Shown piece by piece: positions 1 through 7,547 of a stretch of DNA of 64,000 nucleotides. The translations under genes were made by a program, and so were the position numbers. The stretch is from positions 1 to 64,000 of the IMG/VR virus record IMGVR_UViG_2767802105_000001. The stretch is one strand, 5' to 3'. The stretch's first letter is position 1. Every line of letters starts with the position of its first letter. Source of the stretch: a virus (Duplodnaviria; Caudoviricetes). The notes beneath the pieces are model-generated. The model saw nothing but the letters and a program-made list of their open reading frames with translations, had not been told where the DNA came from and did not search any database.

Positions 1-264
1 ATGGCCATTGATCCGGATGCGGAGATCGATCACGAGGGGCCCGTTACCCCGTACCGGCAGCTCGCCGAGATCCTGAAGGCGCGGATCGCCCGGGGTGACT
101 GGGCGGAGGGGCGGCCGATCGCGTCGGAGAACAGTTTGGTGCAGCAGTACGGGCTGGCCCGGACGACGGTGCGTCGGGCGATTGCCGCGCTCGTTGAGGA
201 GCGGGTGGTGTGGACGGTGCAGGGGCGCGGCAGCTACGTCGGTCAGCCGCCAGCCGAGAGCTGA
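1..264 (+). CDS. GntR-family winged-HTH regulator (HTH only)
   Basis: YRQLAEILKARI...SENSLVQQYGLARTTVRRAI...GRGSYV is a typical GntR HTH. Confidence 0.9.
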   Translation: MAIDPDAEIDHEGPVTPYRQLAEILKARIARGDWAEGRPIASENSLVQQYGLARTTVRRAIAALVEERVVWTVQGRGSYVGQPPAES

Positions 265-266
265 GG

Positions 267-659
267 TCAGGCGTCCATCTCGGGGTGTCCGTGCCGGATG
301 GCGAAGCCCTGTCCTGCCTTGGCGGTGTTGTCGCAGTAGCAGCACAGCATGTCGGAGGCGAGCCGGTGGCCCAGTTGCCCTTGTAGCTTGCGCGAGCAGT
401 CGTGGCAGGCGTAGCCGTAGGCGTGCGGGGCGTAGTAGGCGCCTTGCCAGTCGCCGACGATGGGGCGGGGCCCGCATGCGCAATAGAGCTGCCGACCGGT
501 TTGCTGGTCGACCCAGTGGACTCGGTAGAGGTACTGGGATGGCGGCGAGCAGGCGCAGACCTCTTGTGCGTACCTGCCTGCCCAGCGGTCCTCGGTTTCG
601 ACGCGCTTCGGGTTGGGGCAGTGGGGCAAGGCGCGCACCGGCAGGTCCACATCGGTCAT
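267..659 (-). CDS. Cys-rich hypothetical protein
   Basis: ORF from ATG 659 (MTDVDLPVRALPHCP...) with several CxC/CxxC motifs. Confidence 0.55.
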   Translation of the reverse strand: MTDVDLPVRALPHCPNPKRVETEDRWAGRYAQEVCACSPPSQYLYRVHWVDQQTGRQLYCACGPRPIVGDWQGAYYAPHAYGYACHDCSRKLQGQLGHRLASDMLCCYCDNTAKAGQGFAIRHGHPEMDA

Positions 660-722
660 GCGGCCAGGATGACAGACACCGATTCGTAGCCGCCTGTCAG
701 ACCTCGCCGATACGATCGGCTC

Positions 723-902
723 ATGTCCTCCACTCCTCCACCCTCGGGGCCAGCACGGTCTGCTGCGGCCGTGGATGCGGAGATCCGCGCCCTTCTTCAG
801 GCGACGGGCGGCTGGTTGTGGGGGCCGACGCGGGCCCGGTACGAGGAGCTGCGGGACGAGTGGGTGGCCGCCGTCCGCGACGAGATCACCACAGCGGCGT
901 AG
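723..902 (+). CDS. Small hypothetical protein (59 aa)
   Basis: ATG 723, MSSTPPPSGPARSAAAVDAEIRALL...EWVAAVRDEITTAA, followed by a hairpin terminator; below ORF-track cutoff. Confidence 0.6.
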   Translation: MSSTPPPSGPARSAAAVDAEIRALLQATGGWLWGPTRARYEELRDEWVAAVRDEITTAA

Positions 903-910
903 AGTGCGCG

Positions 911-947
911 ACGAAGCCCCGGCCACTAGACCTGGCCGGGGCTTCGT
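911..947. terminator. Bidirectional hairpin terminator
   Basis: ACGAAGCCCCGGCCA-CTAGACC-TGGCCGGGGCTTCGT perfect stem between convergent genes. Confidence 0.8.
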
Positions 948-960
948 CTTGCCGTTTCGG

Positions 961-1845
961 TCAGCTCTCCCAGCCGACCGCCTCGACGCCGGACTGGTAG
1001 CCGCGTCCAGGAGTGACGACCCCTGTGGGTGCCCAGCCGTCTTCGATGAACTTGCGGGCTACGTCGCCCGGCACCCAGCGGTTGCCGCGCTCCGGGTCGG
1101 ACATCCACCCGGCCAGTTCGTCGGCCGTAGCAAACACAGGACTGACCGGCGAGCCCTCGCTGACGGTTTCCCAGAGCTGCCAGCCGTCACCCGTCGGCGG
1201 CTCAGTCGGCTCCCAGGCTTCAGCCTCAGCGCGTTGCCCTTCGTACCTTTCCAGGCTGGCGTGACCCTTGCAGGTCGGGCAGGTGTCGGCGACGCCCTCA
1301 CGCTCGCAGCGAGCCTTGATCACGACGTGTGCGTTGATGCTGTCGTGGCCCATGCCGCCCAGAGACCACTCGTTGACCTCGGCGGCCGTGGGCATCACGG
1401 GCGGGACCTTGGGCTGCCATCCCTTGCCGGGGACGACGTAGTGGGTGAAGTCGTAGAGCCGTCCGCCTGCCACGAGGGCGTCGACGTCGTCTTGTGAGAG
1501 GTGATGCGACCACCCCGCGTTGAAGAGGTCGGCCAGACGCTGGGCCTCTCGTGTGAGCGCCGCGTCGCCCGTGCCGTAGAAGTCCGGTGCGTTACTGAGG
1601 TTGCGCTCGGCGAAGGCTCGCACCGCCGGGCTGTCGTGCCGCCACGGTGTGGATCCCGTGCTGGCCGGGTCGAAGGGGAGCTTTCCGTACCAGAGGTCGT
1701 ACAGGTTCTGGGCCTGTGGTGAGTAGCCGTTCTCGCAGTCGGGGCATGGCGTCCCGTCGAATCGATCAGGGCTCAGGAAGCCTTCCCAGACCTTGTTGAG
1801 CGGCCAGTCGAAGTCGACCGGCACTCGGCGTACTTCTCGTCCCAT
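961..1845 (-). CDS. Phage hypothetical protein with CxxCxG motifs
   Basis: MGREVRRVPVDFDWP..., CPDCENG and CPTCKG, C-terminal GWQLWETVSEGSPVSPVF; GAGGTG SD upstream. Confidence 0.85.
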   Translation of the reverse strand: MGREVRRVPVDFDWPLNKVWEGFLSPDRFDGTPCPDCENGYSPQAQNLYDLWYGKLPFDPASTGSTPWRHDSPAVRAFAERNLSNAPDFYGTGDAALTREAQRLADLFNAGWSHHLSQDDVDALVAGGRLYDFTHYVVPGKGWQPKVPPVMPTAAEVNEWSLGGMGHDSINAHVVIKARCEREGVADTCPTCKGHASLERYEGQRAEAEAWEPTEPPTGDGWQLWETVSEGSPVSPVFATADELAGWMSDPERGNRWVPGDVARKFIEDGWAPTGVVTPGRGYQSGVEAVGWES

Positions 1846-1849
1846 CAGA

Positions 1850-2161
1850 TCACCTCTTCTTGTGGGGCTTGGCTTCGTGGTTGCGCACACTGGCCGGGGC
1901 TCCGGCGTAGCCGCAGCCTAGGGAGCATTCGATCCAGCCGGACGCCAGTGCGGCGGCACGGACGGACACTTCGGTGTCGGGCCCGAAGTTGTTGTCGGCG
2001 AGCAGGCGGGCAACGGAGCCGCCGTGCCGGGCGGCGATGAATGCCGCTTCGGCGATCTTGTCGTGGCCTCGGGCGAAGAAGCTGCCGATGCCGGTCTCGG
2101 CGCCGCAGCCGCACCAGCAGGTGCCGGTAGGGAGGAGGCGTTGGGGTGTCTCGTCGGTCAT
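1850..2161 (-). CDS. Small Zn-binding hypothetical protein
   Basis: CWCGCG...FARGHD and CSLGC...H motifs. Confidence 0.8.
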   Translation of the reverse strand: MTDETPQRLLPTGTCWCGCGAETGIGSFFARGHDKIAEAAFIAARHGGSVARLLADNNFGPDTEVSVRAAALASGWIECSLGCGYAGAPASVRNHEAKPHKKR

Positions 2162-2162
2162 G

Positions 2163-2197
2163 CAACCAAGATAGCCAATCAAGAACGGCAATCAAGA
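2163..2197. repeat. Three 9-bp direct repeats CAAYCAAGA with 13-bp period
   Basis: Copies at 2163, 2176, 2189 abutting the start codon at 2161. Confidence 0.7.
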
Positions 2198-2275
2198 TGT
2201 ACGTAGGGAAGATACGCCCCGACACGTAGACAGCCCCCACCCAGACGGGGCGGACCGCCGACGTACTATCCCCGG

Positions 2276-2503
2276 GTGGCACACACCTTCGAAGATCTTG
2301 TGACCCTGGAGCGGCTGGCCGAGGAGGCGCACGCCGCCTACACCGCCGCCCCCGGCGATGACACCCGCGCCGCGTGGCTGGCCGTCGCCGACGCGTTCCA
2401 GGCCGCCGTCGTCGAGCATGCGGCAGCCGAGGGCAAGAGCCGGTACGAGGTGGAGATGGCGGCGAAGAAGACCGTCCGGCACCCGGAGACCGAGGCGGCC
2501 TAG
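2276..2503 (+). CDS. Hypothetical protein
   Basis: 75 aa ORF with high-GC3 codon usage. Confidence 0.75.
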   Translation: MAHTFEDLVTLERLAEEAHAAYTAAPGDDTRAAWLAVADAFQAAVVEHAAAEGKSRYEVEMAAKKTVRHPETEAA

Positions 2504-3078
2504 AGGTCCCGGTCACGGTGGTCAGGGGAGGTGAGCGCGTCTACCTCGCTCCTCCAGTCCGCGCCATAGCAGCGAGGGCAAGGCGGGGTGACCATCAGCA
2601 GCTTGCATTCCTCGCTGCTGAAGAGTCGTTGCGCGCCACAGATGCCGCACCAATGCGGGTGCATCGGGCGCGGATCATCGCATCCGTCACCGGGTTGTCC
2701 TGCCATCGGGCTCCGCCTCCTTTGCGTGTGGGCTGTACAGCAAGAGCATCCCCAAAGGCATCTCAAAGCGGCAGGCCCCGCCTGCGTGACCAGACGGGGC
2801 CTTCAGCCACAACAAACCCGACTTGCTCGTCGGATCGATAGGGCGAGTCTACGAGGGGCCGCTGACAGTGCCGGGGCGTCGCGTCGACAGCACATACACG
2901 CCCGAGCTAGGCAGTGCAGCGAACCCAGCCTTCCACCGCTCGGCAGCCTCCCGGCCGCTGGGCTGCACGGCCCGCAGCAACGGGACTGGGGTGCCGCCGT
3001 GGCGACGTTTGACCTGCCGCAGCGCGCGGGCGGCAGACGGGTACGGGCGGACGCTCATCGCACCAGCATGGCAGACGA

Positions 3079-3276
3079 TCACCGCCCGTCCGGCCACTCC
3101 GTCAACGTCTCCCCCGTCTCCTCGTCCACGAGGGTGACGCGGGCGCCCGGCCGGTCACCATGCTCGCCGACCCAAGCCGTGAACTTGCGGCGGGCGATCA
3201 CCTCGCTCCCCCACCAGCCCTGGATCAGCGGCTGGCCGCCGGTCGTGACGGTCACCCGGTAGCGGCCGGCGGTCAT
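3079..3276 (-). CDS. Small hypothetical protein
   Basis: MTAGRYRVTVTTGGQPLIQGWW...TEWP; ATGA overlap with upstream LexA-like gene. Confidence 0.75.
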   Translation of the reverse strand: MTAGRYRVTVTTGGQPLIQGWWGSEVIARRKFTAWVGEHGDRPGARVTLVDEETGETLTEWPDGR

Positions 3277-3497
3277 GCGAGCCTGATCCCGCGCGGCTGG
3301 TGTGGCTCCCGCCGGATGGCACCCTTCGCTTCCAGTTCGCGGAGCTGGTAGTGCACCGACGATCCTGCGCGCAGGCCCACCGCTTCTGCGATCTCCCCGA
3401 CGGTGGGGGCCACGCCCTGGTCGGCGATGGTCTGGCGGATGTAGCGGAGGATCTCCTCCTGTCTGGCGGTGAGGTAGTCGACGCGGTGCCTGCTCAT
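3273..3497 (-). CDS. LexA N-terminal DNA-binding domain only protein
   Basis: LTARQEEILRYI...PTVGEIAEAVGL...SSVHYQLRELEAKGAIRR..PRGI matches LexA wHTH; no peptidase domain. Confidence 0.88.
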   Translation of the reverse strand: MSRHRVDYLTARQEEILRYIRQTIADQGVAPTVGEIAEAVGLRAGSSVHYQLRELEAKGAIRREPHQPRGIRLA

Positions 3498-3505
3498 GCC
3501 CCCAG

Positions 3506-3521
3506 TAGAAACCTTGTTCGA
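3506..3521. promoter_or_regulatory. SOS-box-like operator
   Basis: Reverse strand TCGAAC-AAGG-TTTCTA resembles actinobacterial TCGAAC-N4-GTTCGA; lies in the short divergent gap. Confidence 0.6.
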
Positions 3522-3543
3522 TTTTTGGTGCAAGCTGGGAGAT

Positions 3544-3882
3544 GTGACCGACCTGCCCCCGGACCTGCCCCGACTCCGCACCTTGGAGACGTGGCTCGCT
3601 CTCACCCTCGACCAGGTGCGGGCCGCCATCAGGATCGCCGAGCAGCGGGAGCAGGAGCAGCAGCGCGCCACCCGAGACCGGCCCCAGCCACCCGACTGGC
3701 TCCTCGAAACCGGCCTCAACCGCGACAGCCCGCCCGTCCAAGTCCACCAAGGCGACTGCTGGAACTCCGGCAAGCGCACCCGCGGCATCAGCCTCGACGA
3801 CGCCCGCCGCGCCATCACCGAAGGCGTCAAACCCTGCGACGTGTGCCGGCCCGACAGCGCCCTCGGCTTCCTGGACAGCTAG
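3544..3882 (+). CDS. DUF6233-like protein
   Basis: VHQGDCW...ARRAI..GVKPCDVCRPDSALG C-terminal Zn motif. Confidence 0.8.
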   Translation: MTDLPPDLPRLRTLETWLALTLDQVRAAIRIAEQREQEQQRATRDRPQPPDWLLETGLNRDSPPVQVHQGDCWNSGKRTRGISLDDARRAITEGVKPCDVCRPDSALGFLDS

Positions 3883-3959
3883 CGGTAGCCTCCCCGTGCG
3901 GCAGGCGCGTCATCTGACACCTGCGGGTGCGTGAGCGGCAGCTCTACGCCTGCCGCACC

Positions 3960-4859
3960 TCACGCACTCTTCCGCGGCTTCCGGGCCGTCTTCTTCGCCG
4001 CGGCCTTCTTCGCCGGCTGCTTCTTCGCAGTCCGCTTCGGCATCTCGTGCACGTCCGCATGCTCGGCGTTCTCGCCGCGGGACTGCTTCGCCTTCGACAC
4101 CGACTCGGTCAGGGCCGCCATGAGGTCGACGAGCTGCCCCGACTCGGCCGCCGGCTCCGGTGCGGCCGGGGGCTGGCGGTGCTCGCGCTTCGCCTCGATC
4201 AGCTCGGCGACGGCCTCGGTGTACGTGTCGCGGAACTCGGGGGCGTCGAGGTCGTCGCGGGTCATGGTGTCCATGAGGGCGAGCGCCCCGTCGATCTCCT
4301 CGTCGGTCAGCTCGACCGGGGGCGGGAGCAGCGAGGACGGGTCGCGGATCTCGTCGGGCCAGCGCATCGCGTGCAGCACGATCGCCTCCCCCCGCACCCG
4401 GAGGAGGCCGAGCCTTTCGCGGCCGGACCACGCGTACCGGGCTACCGCCACCCGGCTGCTGCGTTCGAGGGCCTGGCGGAGCAGCTTGTACGGCTTCGCG
4501 GCGACCTGCCCGTCCGGCGCCAGGTAGTAGCCGTCACCGATCCGAATCGGGTCGATCGCCTCCCACGGCATGAACGCGACGATCTCGATCGCCTTCGCCG
4601 TGGGCAGGGGCAGGTCCCGCAGTTCCTCGTCGCTGATGGGGACGACCTGGTCGCGGGCGATTTCGTAGCCCTTGCCGATCTCCGAGGTGGCGACTTCGCG
4701 GTCCTCCAGTTCGCACACCTTCCGGGTCCGCACTCGGGCCATGTCCTCCAGGTGCACCCGGTGGAAGTGGATGCTGTGGTCCTCGGTGGCCGACACGACG
4801 TGGATGGGGACCGTGACCAAACCGAAGCTGATGGCGCCGGACCAGATGGTGCGGGGCAT
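3960..4859 (-). CDS. ku: Non-homologous end joining protein Ku
   Basis: MPRTIWSGAISFGLVTVPI, YYLAP, VDLMAALTESV and basic tail. Confidence 0.96.
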   Translation of the reverse strand: MPRTIWSGAISFGLVTVPIHVVSATEDHSIHFHRVHLEDMARVRTRKVCELEDREVATSEIGKGYEIARDQVVPISDEELRDLPLPTAKAIEIVAFMPWEAIDPIRIGDGYYLAPDGQVAAKPYKLLRQALERSSRVAVARYAWSGRERLGLLRVRGEAIVLHAMRWPDEIRDPSSLLPPPVELTDEEIDGALALMDTMTRDDLDAPEFRDTYTEAVAELIEAKREHRQPPAAPEPAAESGQLVDLMAALTESVSKAKQSRGENAEHADVHEMPKRTAKKQPAKKAAAKKTARKPRKSA

Positions 4860-5007
4860 GACGAACCTCCGAGACAGCCCCGAGCGATGTCCAGCCTACG
4901 AGCAGTCCACCCGCACCGCCAGGCACATACCGCCACAGAACGGGTGAATGGGGGCACATGCCGGGGGCACCCCGACCAGGAATCCCCCACAAGGATCGGA
5001 GCCACCC

Positions 5008-5259
5008 ATGATCGTCAAGAAGCTGCATGAGAAGGGCGTCAAAAGCGAGCACGCCTACCTCGCCGCCTTCGCCTCCATCGGCCTCACCGTCGCCGCCTGG
5101 GCCACCAGCCTCAAAGTCGAACCCGGCGTCAACGTCGACCGCGCCGACCGGTGGGGTCTCTTTGTCGGCGAATGGGCACCCACCTTCTTCGGCCTCGGCC
5201 TTGCCCTCTCCCACTACGAACAGCACGACGGGACCCTCGCCCACACCCACGAGAGCTGA
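5008..5259 (+). CDS. Small membrane protein
   Basis: Two hydrophobic segments, ADRWGLFVGEWAPTFFGLGLAL. Confidence 0.8.
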   Translation: MIVKKLHEKGVKSEHAYLAAFASIGLTVAAWATSLKVEPGVNVDRADRWGLFVGEWAPTFFGLGLALSHYEQHDGTLAHTHES

Positions 5260-5356
5260 ACAAGCCGGAACCCGACACTGGCGCCCGTCCCTGGCTGAAG
5301 GGGCGGGCGCCGCCCCATTCGGCACCACTGTCAGTGCCACCAGGCAAAATGCGGCC

Positions 5357-5545
5357 ATGACCAAGACCAGCATGCAGAGCTACAGCTTCACCTGGACCGA
5401 CCCCGACGGCACCCCGCGGGCCTCCGCCGTCGCCTACGACCGGATCAGCGCCGACCACCGGCGGGCCGAACTAGAGGAGGCCGGAGCCAGCGACATCGAC
5501 GAGGTGCCCGTCAAGCCCGGGGAACTGCCCGCGGTGAAGGGATGA
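5357..5545 (+). CDS. Hypothetical protein
   Basis: MTKTSMQSYSFTWTDPDG..., followed by terminator. Confidence 0.65.
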   Translation: MTKTSMQSYSFTWTDPDGTPRASAVAYDRISADHRRAELEEAGASDIDEVPVKPGELPAVKG

Positions 5546-5551
5546 ACGCGA

Positions 5552-5587
5552 GAGACCCGCCTCGACGGGGGACGCGAGGCGGGTCTC
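5552..5587. terminator. Bidirectional hairpin terminator
   Basis: GAGACCCGCCTCG...CGAGGCGGGTCTC between convergent genes. Confidence 0.8.
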
Positions 5588-5608
5588 CGGTCAGTGTGGC
5601 ACGGGCGG

Positions 5609-7234
5609 TCAGGCGACGGGGCGGTCTTCCCACGGCCAGCGGGCGTCACGCCCCTGCTCCAGCAGCGGAATCATGCGGAACGCCTGATCCGTCAGCCCGC
5701 CGAACGTGTGCCGACCCGACTTCCCGGACGGCATGACGCCCGGCTTGTACCCGGCCATGTTCCACATGTAGACCGGCGTCGCCTTCGGCACGAGGTCGTC
5801 GATCGCCGTCTCCCGCATGCCGCCGTGGCCCAGCATGTTCGAAGGCAGCCAGCCCGGCCGGGTCTGCTCGTCGGTGACGATGACGATCCGGTCGTGCGCG
5901 AACCAGTGCCGCTTCACCGCGCTCGGGATGTCCGTGCCCCCGATCTGCCCGTACCCCTCGATCAGCTTCAGCACACTGCCGCCCCTCGGGACGGTCAGTT
6001 CCTTGGACTCGCCGCCGAACTCGACCAGCGTCGGCTTCTCCGCCCGCATCGCCAGCGCCGACCCGAAGACCGCGGCCTGCTCGGCGAGTGTGATGTCCGA
6101 CCGGTTCGGGGTGGAGAACCCGTAGCCCGGGAACATCGACGGCGACCGGTCCACCAGGATCAGCGTGCTGCCCTTCAGGCGCGGCACGTTGGACAGGGAC
6201 TGGCCGAGGGCCTGCTCCAAGGCGTGCGCCCACCGCAGCGACGGGGCGTGCTTGTAGGCGGCCCACCAGCGAAACGGGAACATGCGGGACCTGGCGACCT
6301 GCTCCGGGTCCGTGAACCGTGCGCAGACCTGGGCGGCCACCTCGTCGGAGACGCCGGCCTCGTCGAAGTTCCTGAGGTTCCTCGCCAGCGCCATCACCCC
6401 CATCGACGGGATGATCGCCTCCCATGCGGCCTTGTCCATCGGCCCCTGCAGCCAGCCTGCCAGCGCCTCCCACGTCATGCCAGCGTGCTTCAGGAAGTCT
6501 CCGGCGTCCGGCCGCTTCAGCAGGTCGCGCCGCTTCTGCACGTCCCACTTGGCGATCTCGTTGCGGGTGTGGAGCAGTTGCAGCGACTCGGGGATCGGCT
6601 TGTCGCGGTGATGCCTGCGGTCGATGGCGTGCTCGAACAGGTCGCCCTGCCACAGGGCCTTTGGAGCGGGGTGGACGAGTTCGATGACGTCGCCGAACCG
6701 GTAGCCCTTGGAGTCGGTGTCGTACTTGAGCAGAGTCCGCTCGGTGTACAGGGAGCCGAGCGCGTCCTCGATGCCCCGCTTGACGGGCTTGGGGATGCGG
6801 CGGCCGTAGCGGGACGTCCAGTAGCCGAGGAGCTCCCCCGGCTCGTCCGCGCGCTGGAGAACGGAGGCGATGACCTGCCGCGAGTGTCCGGGCTCCTGGG
6901 CGTCGAGACGGGCCCGGGTGAACTCGGCGGCACCGACGATGGCCGCGGTGCGCATGTTGGCCTCGCGGCGGAGCCAGCCGAGCAGGCCGGCAGTCCAGTC
7001 GGGGTCTTCGACGGCGAGCTGCCGGACGAGCGTCGTGTACCGGTCATCGCGGTCACCGCCCGCCTCGTAGAAGGTGTCGGTGCCGACCATGTTGGACACC
7101 GCCAACAGGTAGAGCTCGGACTTCTCGTCGCGGAGGTGGCCGAGGGCGCCCTCGTGAGTACGGGTTGTCTCCCCGGTAGTGGACACCGGCGATGAGACAG
7201 ACGGGCGGGTGCCGCGGGTGTTGAACCTGGTCAT
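5609..7234 (-). CDS. rsr: TROVE-domain Ro60 orthologue with C-terminal vWA domain
   Basis: TFYE, LRREANMRT, RADEPGE, LLKY, TWEAL, MALARNLRN, SRMFPFR, ILVDRSPSM (MIDAS), GGTD, IVIVTDEQ. Confidence 0.95.
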   Translation of the reverse strand: MTRFNTRGTRPSVSSPVSTTGETTRTHEGALGHLRDEKSELYLLAVSNMVGTDTFYEAGGDRDDRYTTLVRQLAVEDPDWTAGLLGWLRREANMRTAAIVGAAEFTRARLDAQEPGHSRQVIASVLQRADEPGELLGYWTSRYGRRIPKPVKRGIEDALGSLYTERTLLKYDTDSKGYRFGDVIELVHPAPKALWQGDLFEHAIDRRHHRDKPIPESLQLLHTRNEIAKWDVQKRRDLLKRPDAGDFLKHAGMTWEALAGWLQGPMDKAAWEAIIPSMGVMALARNLRNFDEAGVSDEVAAQVCARFTDPEQVARSRMFPFRWWAAYKHAPSLRWAHALEQALGQSLSNVPRLKGSTLILVDRSPSMFPGYGFSTPNRSDITLAEQAAVFGSALAMRAEKPTLVEFGGESKELTVPRGGSVLKLIEGYGQIGGTDIPSAVKRHWFAHDRIVIVTDEQTRPGWLPSNMLGHGGMRETAIDDLVPKATPVYMWNMAGYKPGVMPSGKSGRHTFGGLTDQAFRMIPLLEQGRDARWPWEDRPVA

Positions 7235-7235
7235 G

Positions 7236-7260
7236 AAAAAGCCCCTCACGTTGGAGGGGA
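7236..7260 (-). terminator. Intrinsic terminator-like hairpin overlapping the rsr ribosome-binding site
   Basis: Minus strand CCCCTC-CAACGT-GAGGGG-CTTTTT-C-ATG. Confidence 0.6.
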
Positions 7261-7271
7261 GGTCCAGCAGT

Positions 7272-7412
7272 GGGGTGCCCGAGATCGAGGTCGGCTGCGG
7301 AAACGTAGCGCTCTGGGCCGCTGAGCTACCAGCCCCGAAGGCTGGACGGGATTCGAACCCGCGTCTCTCTCTTAGCAGGAGAAGTATCCGCTGCCTGCGC
7401 ACCGGGCACCCC
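7272..7412 (-). ncRNA. yrlA: YrlA-type Y RNA (permuted tRNA mimic)
   Basis: Closing stem GGGGTGCCC/GGGCACCCC; T arm GCGGG-TTCGAAT-CCCGT precedes closed acceptor-like stem CCAGCC/GGCTGG and D arm GCTC-AGCGGCCCA-GAGC; immediately upstream of Ro60 gene. Confidence 0.9.
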
Positions 7413-7418
7413 CGATGC

Positions 7419-7496
7419 TGTGCCTCCCGAGATCAAGGACGGCCGCGGCGGCACTTTTCCAAAGAAGTAGCCGAGACCTGCGCACCGGGAGGTGCA
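7419..7496 (-). ncRNA. Second, short Y RNA (Ro-binding stem without tRNA-like domain)
   Basis: Shares CCCGGTGCGCAGG, CGGMTACTTCT and GCCGWCCTYGATCTCGGG with the YrlA copy; closed by CCTCCC/GGGAGG. Confidence 0.8.
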
Positions 7497-7547
7497 TGAA
7501 GTTGTGTTGAAGCGACTGTAGCCCATCGGGGTGACAACCGGCGGGAG

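Noticed and set aside
2500-3097. ORFs 2500-2766 and 2849-3097
   Set aside because: Weak codon bias and no clear start signals; cannot support them as genes
5594-7195. Long antisense ORFs (also 17422-19422, 37405-39867, 47903-49921, 58629-60437)
   Set aside because: Shadow frames of real high-GC genes, Arg/Gly/Pro-rich or mirror-codon translations without motifs
7305-7380. Canonical tRNA gene or tRNA-derived att site next to the recombinase
   Set aside because: Arms are in permuted order (T before D), acceptor stem is closed by a loop, no CCA end; fits a Y RNA
7235-7402. N-terminal extension of the TROVE ORF in the ORF track
   Set aside because: Runs through the Y RNA; ATG 7234 has an SD and a typical N-terminus
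7272-7496. CRISPR-like repeat-spacer array
   Set aside because: Only two units, conserved blocks form paired stems, no cas genes
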